Below are positions 7,349-15,246 of a DNA stretch of 24,421 nt, piece after piece. The stretch is taken from contig CAZKED010000019.1 in the NCBI GenBank assembly GCA_964551725.1, positions 1 through 24,421 on the forward strand. Direction: 5' to 3'. The notes beneath the pieces were generated by a model. That model did no database searches. It was not told where the DNA came from and saw only the letters and a list, made by a program, of their open reading frames with translations. Source of the DNA: an uncultured archaeon (GTDB lineage Archaea; Iainarchaeota; Iainarchaeia; Iainarchaeales; DTGL01). Every line of letters starts with the position of its first letter. Position 1 is the stretch's first letter. A program made the position numbers and the translations under genes.

Positions 7349-7434
7349 CGCCGGGAGAGGGATTCGAACCCCCGTGTGCCTTGCAGCACACCAGGTCTCA
7401 AGCCTGGCGCGTTTAACCGCTCCGCCATCCCGGC
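7349..7434 (-). tRNA. tRNA-Ser(TGA), CCA not encoded
   Basis: Acceptor GCCGGGA/TCCCGGC+G, anticodon arm CCAGG-CTTGAGA-CCTGG, long variable arm, T arm GGGGG-TTCGAAT-CCCTC. Confidence 0.97.
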
Positions 7435-7546
7435 TTTTCTCCGCGCTGAAGCCCGCGGCTAATTAATTAGAGAACCTATAAAAGAAAAATCTTTTCCTCA
7501 GCCCCTTCCCCGCCCCGCGCGCGGGAAACGCGGAAGTTGAACAGAA

Positions 7547-7773
7547 ATTAACTTTTTGGTTAATGTGTAACGGGAAAAAGTAAATAATGCCCTGGGCGGA
7601 GGCGGAAAACACGCGAAAAAGTAACTTTTAAACGGCAAACGATGAAGGTTCGGACTGAATGCCTGATTTTCGGCGTTTGCAGAAAAAACCGCCCCTAAAC
7701 GAAAATTAAACTCTGGCAAGTTTTTGGTTAATTAATTAACCTATGGAGCGGATTTGCTTAACTTTTTGGTTGA
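7547..7773. promoter_or_regulatory. Three operator-like sites, consensus TTAAC-TTTTTG-GTTAA
   Basis: ATTAAC-TTTTTG-GTTAAT (7547-7564), GCAAG-TTTTTG-GTTAA (7716-7731), TTAAC-TTTTTG-GTTGA (7758-7773), upstream of the TTTTTAAA box of a wHTH gene. Confidence 0.55.
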
Positions 7774-7819
7774 AAATAGGGTTTTTTAAACATTTTCGTT
7801 CACATAAAAAGATATTAGT

Positions 7820-8179
7820 ATGTTGCTTGGATTGTTTTTAATCCCGGGCGGAAAGGGGGCTGAAAACTCCACAAAGGAACTGATTGTTTCAATTCTCTGC
7901 AACGAATGGCCTTTGACCGTGAAGCAGATACACAACAGGATGGTGCGCACTTACGGATTCGGGTGCTCCTACCAGGCGATATTCAAGCAGGTGAAGGAAC
8001 TCGCGGGAAAAAAGGTCCTTGAAGAGAACGGAAAGCTCTACAAAATAAGCGAGAAATGGATTGACTCGATGCACGATTTCACCGAGGACCTGAAGGAGCA
8101 CTACACCAGCAACCCAAACGGAATCATAGGAATCAGGCTTGCGGCAATGGGTTCAGGAATGGCTGGAAGCAGGGCTTAA
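7820..8179 (+). CDS. Winged helix-turn-helix protein, putative transcription regulator
   Basis: LIVSILCNEWPLTVKQIHNRM...SYQAIFKQVKELAGKKVLEENGKLYKI has the helix-helix-helix-wing pattern. Confidence 0.75.
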   Translation: MLLGLFLIPGGKGAENSTKELIVSILCNEWPLTVKQIHNRMVRTYGFGCSYQAIFKQVKELAGKKVLEENGKLYKISEKWIDSMHDFTEDLKEHYTSNPNGIIGIRLAAMGSGMAGSRA

Positions 8180-8210
8180 AGTTAAAAGAAAATTCCCCGT
8201 CATAGGAGTT

Positions 8211-9455
8211 ATGGAAGAGGAGAACGGATTCTTGGCTTTGGAGAACAAGCTGTTTGAAATAATCGATTTGCTGGAAACCGATTTGCTCAAGTTTGTCGAG
8301 CCCACAAACTCTGTAATGCAGAGGGAAAAATTCTTCGAAGCGCTGAAGAAAGGAGAGGAGTACAACCCGAGATTCACCTACATATCAAAAAACCCCGTTT
8401 TCTCCCACTTCACAATAACCCCCGAGTACGCAAAAATAATGAAAGAGTTAAAGGAAATGGAAGTGGAGGAGCGCGGGCTCGGAAAACTGATAAGAAAGAA
8501 GAAGAACGAATCGCTTAAAAGAATGGAATTCATCCGCAGCATCGGAAGCAACGATTTGAAAAAGAAAAGCGTTTCCTTCTACGGAAAGCCGGGCAAAGAG
8601 CTTGTCGCGGAAGCGTTCGAAATCCTCGCGAAAGCGCCCAAGGAAAAGGAAAAAAAGGAAATTCCCTCGGAGCGCGCCGCGGAAATATTCAACGCCGAAT
8701 TCAGGAAAAGAAAAATCGAATGGCAGGCGCTCGTGGACGAAAACATTTCCCCGAACGCGGTTACCCTGCCGGGAAACAATGCACTGAAAATAAGGGGCGA
8801 CACGCTTTACTCCAAAGAGGAAATAAAACGGCTCATCGTGCACGAAATCGAAACGCACGTGTACAGACACCTCAACGGAAAGGTTCAGCCGTTCCGCCTG
8901 TTCATCCAGGGACCGGGAACGGACTGGCTTCTTTCCGAGGAAGGCCTGGCTGTGGTCAACGAGGAAGTGTTCGCGGGAAAAAGCGAGGAAAGAGTATACG
9001 AATACGCGGGCAGGGTTGCGGCGGTGGACTTCGCGCAGAGGAACTCCTTTTACAACACGTTCAAATACATGTGCGAATTTTTTCCAGCAGAAAAAGCTTA
9101 CCAGCTGACGCAGAGGGCAAAGCGCGGGCTTTCGAACACCGTGGAGCGCGGCGGCCTGACCAAGGACTTCTACTATCTCGCGGGAGGAAAACTCATAAGG
9201 GACTTCATTGCAAGGGGCGGCAGGCTCGAAAGGCTCTATTACGGTAAAATCTCGGCAGAGGACACGTTCGTGCTGGATGAAATCCCCAAGCTGGTGAAGC
9301 CGGAATTCCTGCCGAAGTACGGGAGAGCGTTCTCCAAATACAAAAAGGCGATACTAAAAACCGCGGGAAAGCCGGCGGGAAAGCAGGGAAAAAAGCGTTC
9401 CCTCCAAGCAAAAATTCCGCGAAAAAAGAACGCTGAAAGAAGCGCGAAGCCATAA
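8211..9455 (+). CDS. DUF1704 metallopeptidase (QEGLA-motif / MATCAP-like Tyr/Phe carboxypeptidase family)
   Basis: LIVHEIETHVYR (HExxxH), SEEGLA, RAKRG, TKDFYYLAG, LYYGKI; start at ATG 8211 with SD AGGAG. Confidence 0.88.
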   Translation: MEEENGFLALENKLFEIIDLLETDLLKFVEPTNSVMQREKFFEALKKGEEYNPRFTYISKNPVFSHFTITPEYAKIMKELKEMEVEERGLGKLIRKKKNESLKRMEFIRSIGSNDLKKKSVSFYGKPGKELVAEAFEILAKAPKEKEKKEIPSERAAEIFNAEFRKRKIEWQALVDENISPNAVTLPGNNALKIRGDTLYSKEEIKRLIVHEIETHVYRHLNGKVQPFRLFIQGPGTDWLLSEEGLAVVNEEVFAGKSEERVYEYAGRVAAVDFAQRNSFYNTFKYMCEFFPAEKAYQLTQRAKRGLSNTVERGGLTKDFYYLAGGKLIRDFIARGGRLERLYYGKISAEDTFVLDEIPKLVKPEFLPKYGRAFSKYKKAILKTAGKPAGKQGKKRSLQAKIPRKKNAERSAKP

Positions 9456-9474
9456 AAAGAGAAGCGAAAAGAAA

Positions 9475-9528
9475 AGAGGCAAGCCAGGGAACCGCTCGGC
9501 GGTATAACCTGCCTCCTTAACTCCCAAC
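9475..9528 (-). ncRNA. Candidate ~55-nt small RNA (hairpin)
   Basis: Minus-strand 12-bp stem GGAGGCAGGUUA/UGGCUUGCCUCU with G-U pairs, apical ACCGC-CGA-GCGGU, TTTTAAAA box at 9552-9559 and U-rich tract immediately after the stem. Confidence 0.45.
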
Positions 9529-9685
9529 ACTTTACAGATTACACAAGAAGTTTTTAAAAGAGTAATTGCGTTTTTGCTACATAAAAAACTCTGCCGTGAA
9601 AATTCAGGGGGAATCCCGCGAAAAAAATGCAAAACCCTAATTCCCGCAGAGAAAACTTTTTATTTTGCTAACAGCAAAGGTTTAT

Positions 9686-11485
9686 ATGGAAGGAAAAATA
9701 GTAGTGCTCGACAACGGAGGGCAGTACTGCCACCTCATTGCTCGAAGGGTGAGAGAACTCGGCGTTTATTCCGAAATCGCCCTACCTGACGCCCCCCTGG
9801 AAAAATTTAAGGACGCCTGCGGAATAATCCTCAGCGGTTCCCCGCACTCCATTTCAGACAAAAAAATAAAATTCAATGCCTCCGCACTGGACCTCGGAAT
9901 TCCCGTGCTCGGAATATGCTACGGGCACCATCTCCTAGCGGACGAACTCGTGGGAAAAGTGAAAAAACTCGGGAAAGGGGAATTCGGTTTCGCGGAACTG
10001 GAAGTGGAAAACCAGGAAATGCTGTTTGAGGGAACTCCTGAAAAGCAGACGGTTTGGATGAGCCACCACGACCAGGTTTCGGAGCTCCCCAAAGGATTTG
10101 AATTGCTCGGAACGACAAAGGAATGCCGCATCGCGGCAATGGGAGATTTCAAGAGAAAAATCTTCGGAGTGCAGTTCCACCCCGAAGTAACGCACACGGA
10201 ACACGGAATGGAAATCCTCGCCAACTTTTTGTTCGACGCCTGCAAGTGCGAAAGGAACTGGTCAATGCACGATTACGTGGAAAAGGAAACGGGAAAAATG
10301 AGGGAAAGGACAGGAAACAAAAAAGTGCTCATTCTCGCGAGCGGCGGGGTTGATTCAACTGTAACAATGGCAATGCTGGGAAGGGCGCTGCCCCGCGAGC
10401 AAATATTCGCGCTGCACGTGGACACCGGTTTTATGAGGAAAAACGAAACCGCCTCCATAGAGAAAACGCTGGAAAAACTGGAACTGGCAGAACTGAAAGT
10501 AATCAATGCGGAGAAAGAATTCCTTTCCGCCCTGAAAGGAGTCGTGGAACCGGAGGAAAAAAGGAAAATAATAGGAAAGCTCTTCGTTGAAATAACCGAG
10601 AGAGAAATAGGAAAAGCCGGAGTGAGGGAAAAAGAATGGCTGCTCGCACAGGGAACAATTTACCCCGACACGATTGAAACCGCCCGCACAAAACACGCGG
10701 ACAAAATCAAGACGCACCACAACCGCGTGGAGCAAATTACAAAAATGATTGAACTCGGAAACGTGGTCGAGCCGCTGGAGCAACTGTACAAGGACGAAGT
10801 GCGTGAACTGGGCAAAGAACTCGGATTACCGGACGAACTTATATGGAGGCACCCCTTTCCCGGTCCAGGTTTAGCAATACGCGCCCTCTGCTCGGACGGA
10901 AAGGAGGACAAAAAAGAGATTGCCGCAATAGAGAAGAAAGCAGCGGAAAAGGCAAAGGAATTCGGCTTTTCCCTGCGCGTCCTGCCGGTTAAAAGCGTGG
11001 GAGTGGCAGGAGACAGCCGCACTTACGCGCATCCCGCTCTGCTGCAGGGAGAACTGGACTGGGAAAGGCTGGGCAAAGCATCCACGAAACTGACAAACGA
11101 GTTCGGCGGAATAAACCGCGTGGTTTTTTCCCTTCACCCAAAAAAGATAAAAAAGGTCGAACTGGGAAAGGCAACGCTGACAAAAAAACGGCTTGATTTG
11201 CTCCGAGAAGCGGACGCAATAGTGCACGAGGAAATAATGAAAGCGGGCTTGTACAAAAACATATGGCAATTCCCTGTGGTTCTGCTGCCCCTGAAAGTGA
11301 ACGGCAAGGGCGAGGCAGTAGTGCTGAGACCTGTTGAAAGCAGGGAGGCAATGACGGCAAAATTCTACAGGATGCAGCCCGAAATACTGGAGAAAATAGT
11401 GAAGCACTTGTCCAAACTGAAAGGCGTTTCCGCGGTGTTCTACGACATCACGAACAAGCCGCCCGCGACGATTGAATGGGAATAG
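9686..11485 (+). CDS. guaA: GMP synthase (glutamine-hydrolysing), single-chain
   Basis: GICYG, QFHPEV (GATase), SGGVDS, QGTIYPD, IKTHHN, RHPFPGPGL, KPPATIEWE. Confidence 0.98.
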   Translation: MEGKIVVLDNGGQYCHLIARRVRELGVYSEIALPDAPLEKFKDACGIILSGSPHSISDKKIKFNASALDLGIPVLGICYGHHLLADELVGKVKKLGKGEFGFAELEVENQEMLFEGTPEKQTVWMSHHDQVSELPKGFELLGTTKECRIAAMGDFKRKIFGVQFHPEVTHTEHGMEILANFLFDACKCERNWSMHDYVEKETGKMRERTGNKKVLILASGGVDSTVTMAMLGRALPREQIFALHVDTGFMRKNETASIEKTLEKLELAELKVINAEKEFLSALKGVVEPEEKRKIIGKLFVEITEREIGKAGVREKEWLLAQGTIYPDTIETARTKHADKIKTHHNRVEQITKMIELGNVVEPLEQLYKDEVRELGKELGLPDELIWRHPFPGPGLAIRALCSDGKEDKKEIAAIEKKAAEKAKEFGFSLRVLPVKSVGVAGDSRTYAHPALLQGELDWERLGKASTKLTNEFGGINRVVFSLHPKKIKKVELGKATLTKKRLDLLREADAIVHEEIMKAGLYKNIWQFPVVLLPLKVNGKGEAVVLRPVESREAMTAKFYRMQPEILEKIVKHLSKLKGVSAVFYDITNKPPATIEWE

Positions 11486-11544
11486 CGGTTTAACGGAAGC
11501 GCACCCTGAATGCCTTTTTTAACCCTGCTTCCCTAATTCATGGA

Positions 11545-11871
11545 ATGAACGGCCAGCAATTCGTTTCAAAACTGGAAAAGCTTAAAGGCTATAAAATAAT
11601 CTTTACTCCGCACGCTGAATTAAGGCTCGGACAGAGGCAGATTGACAGGAAAACGGTCTTGGGGCACCTGCGCAGGCCGGATTCGCTGAAACTCGTGGAA
11701 AAGCTCGCTGTGGCAAAGGGCGAAAAATATAAATTGTGGTTTGTGCCTTTTAAGAGAATAGCATACATTTATGTAATAGTTTTAAATCATTCACAGAAAA
11801 GAATAATTATTAAGACAGCAATAAAGCAAAGGCTCGTGTGGCAGAAGAAGGTGGAAAAACATGCCAGGTAA
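11545..11871 (+). CDS. DUF4258-like (RelE-fold) putative toxin
   Basis: IIFTPHAELRLGQRQI motif, basic 108 aa, C-terminal IIIKTAI strand; overlaps DUF2283 gene. Confidence 0.75.
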   Translation: MNGQQFVSKLEKLKGYKIIFTPHAELRLGQRQIDRKTVLGHLRRPDSLKLVEKLAVAKGEKYKLWFVPFKRIAYIYVIVLNHSQKRIIIKTAIKQRLVWQKKVEKHAR

Positions 11872-12220
11872 ATTCAGGCTGGATTACGATTCCGGGGAAG
11901 ATTTGCTCTACCTCTACAATGAAAACAGGAAATCAAAAGGAAGCATTGAATTCGGCGACCTTATCGTCGACCTTGAAAAAAATGGGGAGATTGCCGGCCT
12001 TGAAATATTCGGGGCATCAAAGTACTTGAGCGAGCTGACAGGCAAAAAAATCAGCAAAAGCGCCCTTAAAAAAATAGAAAATGCAGAATTTTCATTCACT
12101 GAAAAAAAGGGAACAATAATAATCAAAATAGTTCTGCCACTGGAAAAAGAAAAAGTGCCGGCAACAATAGCAATACAAAACATTCATTACAAAAGCCCTG
12201 CCATGGCACACGCCCGCTGA
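11861..12220 (+). CDS. DUF2283 protein, putative antitoxin
   Basis: LDYDSGEDLLYL...LIVDLEKNGEIAGLEIFGASK is the DUF2283 signature. Confidence 0.88.
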   Translation: MPGKFRLDYDSGEDLLYLYNENRKSKGSIEFGDLIVDLEKNGEIAGLEIFGASKYLSELTGKKISKSALKKIENAEFSFTEKKGTIIIKIVLPLEKEKVPATIAIQNIHYKSPAMAHAR

Positions 12221-12241
12221 ATGCATTCAAAAGGTGAAACA

Positions 12242-12586
12242 ATGTCATCAAAAGAAAAAGAGCTTGCGAAGATTGAAAAGAAAAGGCTCAAGGCGGAGAA
12301 GAAGAGACTGAAAGCGGAAGCCAAACTCGCAAAGGAAAGAGCGGAAGCGGAAGCCGCAAGGGAAACCGCGAAAGCGGGGAAAGAAGCAGGGGCGGAAAAA
12401 CCGCAAAGCGCTTCTCCTGAAAAAGAGCTCCCGATAGAAAGAATAATCGAAGTGAAGCATTCTGGAATTCCCGCTCCGCACAAGAGCTGGAAGGACAACG
12501 TGTGGCTCTACATTGTAGTGGCAATAGTAATAGGGCTCGTTCTCTGGGGCATCAACCAGATTCTCAACTCTTTCGCCGCCGGTTAG
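12242..12586 (+). CDS. Coiled-coil protein with single C-terminal membrane anchor
   Basis: SD GGTGA before ATG 12242; EKKRLKA repeats; hydrophobic VWLYIVVAIVIGLVLWGI near the C-terminus. Confidence 0.75.
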   Translation: MSSKEKELAKIEKKRLKAEKKRLKAEAKLAKERAEAEAARETAKAGKEAGAEKPQSASPEKELPIERIIEVKHSGIPAPHKSWKDNVWLYIVVAIVIGLVLWGINQILNSFAAG

Positions 12587-13944
12587 TAGAGTTCACTGCA
12601 CAATTTAGCGGCACGCGGAATTTCGTCCAACAGCGTTCCCGAGTTCAGCGCTGATTTTTCCACGCCAATCAGGTCAGCGGCAAAGCCGTTGAGGAATGCC
12701 GCAGCTAACGCTGCATCCAGCAAATCGTTTTTTGCCGCAAACGCTGCAATCAGCCCTGCGAGCACGTCGCCCGTGCCCCCCGCTGTGAGCAGGGCGTTCC
12801 CCGAAAAATTGTAGTAAAGGGAAAAGCCGTCGCTCAAAACGTCCATAGGTCCTTTGAGCAATACAAGACAGCCGAGTTCTTTCGCCCTGCGGAAAACCTC
12901 CCGGGGCGAGGCATTCGCCCCGACCACTTTTTTGAATTCACCAGAGTGCGGGGTGAGAATACAGTTCTTGTGCAGTTTTTTCGCGCCCAGCAAGTGCAGG
13001 GCGCCGGCGTCAAGCACGAATTTTTTCCGCGGGAATTCCTTCAACAGCCAGCCGAGCAGCGCCCTGTTCTTCTTGTTCACTGCAAGGCCGGGTCCAACGA
13101 GCACGGCATCCGCCTTTTGGGCGAATTCCCTTGCATTCTTTTTGTTGAGCTCCGAGACAATGAATTCCGCGCCCGCCTTTTTCAGCGCGGGAATGTTTTC
13201 CTTTTCGGTGAGCACGTAAACCAGGTCCGAGAAAAGGGATGCGGCTTTTGCCGCGAACACCGCCGCGCCGTGGAATTTTCTGGAGCCCGCTATGACCAGA
13301 ATGCTGCCGTTCTCGCCCTTGTGGGATTTCGCCTTCCTTTCCCGCAGAAATTTTACGTTTCCGGGACCGGCGAAATTGTAGAATTCCGTGGGAATGCCAA
13401 TGTCCAGCGTGATTCCTGCGGGATGCTTTTTCATGGCAAGGCAGTAAACAATGCCGGGGTCAAAGCCCGGACATGGCAAATCAACTGAAATTTTTTTTGC
13501 ACGCGCTTTGTTCAAGAGCTTTACCGCGGAAGCAATCGGCTCGCGCAATTTGCCTTTTGCGCCCACGCTAAGCAGGCATTCAACAACAATGTCGGCATTC
13601 ACCCTTTTTGGAAGTTCCTTGGAGTCCGAATGCTGCAGGACTTTTACGTTTGAATTTTTTAACACCAAAAAATTCCTGTACGCTTCGCTTCTGGAAATGC
13701 TTTCCTCTTTTCCAATCAAGTGCACTGTTACGCTGTTCTCTTTCGCCAGATAGCGCGCTGCCGTGAAGCCGTCTCCCCCGTTGTTGCCGGTGCCGCAGAA
13801 AACCGCAATGTTGAGGTTGGAACCGAAATCTTTTTTCAGTTGTTCCGCTACGGCTCTTCCCGCGGATTCCATTAACTGCAGTGCGCTCAGCCCGAAATAA
13901 CTGCAGTTCGAGTCCAGCACTCTGGACTGGGTTATTGTATCCAT
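12583..13944 (-). CDS. nnr: Bifunctional NAD(P)H-hydrate epimerase/dehydratase (YjeF N+C)
   Basis: LMESAG, CGTGNNGGDG, SHKGENG, VGPGL, VLDAG, LTPHSGE, LLKG, GGTGDVLAG. Confidence 0.95.
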   Translation of the reverse strand: MDTITQSRVLDSNCSYFGLSALQLMESAGRAVAEQLKKDFGSNLNIAVFCGTGNNGGDGFTAARYLAKENSVTVHLIGKEESISRSEAYRNFLVLKNSNVKVLQHSDSKELPKRVNADIVVECLLSVGAKGKLREPIASAVKLLNKARAKKISVDLPCPGFDPGIVYCLAMKKHPAGITLDIGIPTEFYNFAGPGNVKFLRERKAKSHKGENGSILVIAGSRKFHGAAVFAAKAASLFSDLVYVLTEKENIPALKKAGAEFIVSELNKKNAREFAQKADAVLVGPGLAVNKKNRALLGWLLKEFPRKKFVLDAGALHLLGAKKLHKNCILTPHSGEFKKVVGANASPREVFRRAKELGCLVLLKGPMDVLSDGFSLYYNFSGNALLTAGGTGDVLAGLIAAFAAKNDLLDAALAAAFLNGFAADLIGVEKSALNSGTLLDEIPRAAKLCSELY

Positions 13945-14049
13945 TGCAAGGGATTATAATATAAAAAACAATTAAATTGGTTACGCGTGACCGCGAAAAC
14001 AGCGCCCCGCAGGGAAACCAATAAATTCTGCTTCCCGCATTATTCTTTC

Positions 14050-15171
14050 ATGGCATCAAAAATCACGCGAAAAGCAATCGAAATCGCAAAAAGGGACCTG
14101 CGCGCGTGCTATGCCTCAAACGGCATTTTTGCGGGGCGCGGGCACTTCCAGCAGTACTGGTGCAGGGATTCATTCTTTGCCTCGCTGGGCGCGAGCGCAA
14201 TCGGCGATTTGAGCGTTGTGAAAAAACAGCTGTATTTTTTCCTGCTGAACGAGAAAAAGAACGGCAAGCTGCCCGGGCTGATAACGCCGAGGGGAAGACC
14301 TGAATACAGACCGCTCCTGCTGTCGAATCCCGTGGACGGCAACGCGCTTTTCGTGATTGCTTTTTCGGATTACTTGCGGAGGAGCGGTGACAAAAAATTC
14401 GCGCGGGAGAATTTTGCCGGCGTGAGAAAGGCAATGGAGTGGGTGGAAGGACACGACTGGAATCATGACATGCTTATCGAGGAGGGACTGCTTGCCAACT
14501 GGGCTGACTCTTTGTTCAAGTGCTGGAAAGTGCTTTACTCGAATGTTTGCTACTGCCGTGCTCTCGAAGAATTCGCTGCAATCGCAGGCGCGCTCGGGGA
14601 GAAAGCGCTCGCGGGGCGCTATGAGAAAAAGGCAGCAGGGGTGAAGAAGGAAATTAACAGGCAGTTCTGGCTGCAGGAATATTACGCGGACTGGATTGAC
14701 TGGAAAAGGCATGAAAATTTTTCAAGCGACGGCAATGTCCTTGCAATTGTGTGGGGCATCGCTGACGGGGAAAAGGGCGCAAGGATAGAGGAATTCGTGG
14801 CGGAGAAAAAACTCACCGAAGTGCCGATGCGCACCTGCTATCCCAATTACGCTCCTTGGCGCGTGGCTACCTTTTTCACCTTTCCGTCGAAAGCATTCTA
14901 CTATCACAATGGGCTGAGCTGGCCCTGGCTCGGGGCAATGAATGCAATCGCGCTGCAACGGCTCGGGGAAAGGAAGCGCGCGGGGAAAGAAATGGAGAGA
15001 ATTGCCGAACTGATTGTCGGGCAGGGAACAGTGCACGAAATTTTTGATGAAAGCGGAAAGCCCGTGCGCTCGGCGCTGCTGAAAAGCGAGCACCCTTTCG
15101 CCTGGTCTGCCGCGCTTTTCCTGCTTGCAGCGGAAAAAACGGGAATCCCGCGGGAGAAGGCGGGGGAGTAG
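14050..15171 (+). CDS. Six-hairpin glycosidase (amylo-alpha-1,6-glucosidase / invertase-like)
   Basis: YWCRDSFF, NWAD, YHNGLSWPW, VHEIF, FAWSA motifs; start taken at ATG 14050. Confidence 0.85.
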   Translation: MASKITRKAIEIAKRDLRACYASNGIFAGRGHFQQYWCRDSFFASLGASAIGDLSVVKKQLYFFLLNEKKNGKLPGLITPRGRPEYRPLLLSNPVDGNALFVIAFSDYLRRSGDKKFARENFAGVRKAMEWVEGHDWNHDMLIEEGLLANWADSLFKCWKVLYSNVCYCRALEEFAAIAGALGEKALAGRYEKKAAGVKKEINRQFWLQEYYADWIDWKRHENFSSDGNVLAIVWGIADGEKGARIEEFVAEKKLTEVPMRTCYPNYAPWRVATFFTFPSKAFYYHNGLSWPWLGAMNAIALQRLGERKRAGKEMERIAELIVGQGTVHEIFDESGKPVRSALLKSEHPFAWSAALFLLAAEKTGIPREKAGE

Positions 15172-15246
15172 TTTTTTTAACTTTTTTCCATGAGGATTGA
15201 TAGGTGAAAAGAAAAAATTTGCCTTTTTTTAAAATGAGGTCTGGCA

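Noticed and set aside
2952-7434. Integrated element bounded by tRNA-Ser direct repeats (attL/attR)
   Set aside because: Both tRNAs are complete with different anticodons, the repeat lies outside the tRNA, and the interval has no integrase or phage genes.
7349-7434. Selenocysteine or UGA-suppressor tRNA
   Set aside because: The anticodon is TGA (reads UCA, Ser), not TCA; acceptor stem is a normal 7 bp.
7498-7719. 73-aa minus-strand ORF in the long intergenic region
   Set aside because: TTG start without SD, no protein-like pattern, overlaps the operator-like repeats.
9456-9685. Purine riboswitch upstream of guaA, or a SECIS element
   Set aside because: Purine aptamer core motifs are absent, guaA looks leaderless with a TATA-like box near 9657, and there is no in-frame UGA gene needing a SECIS.
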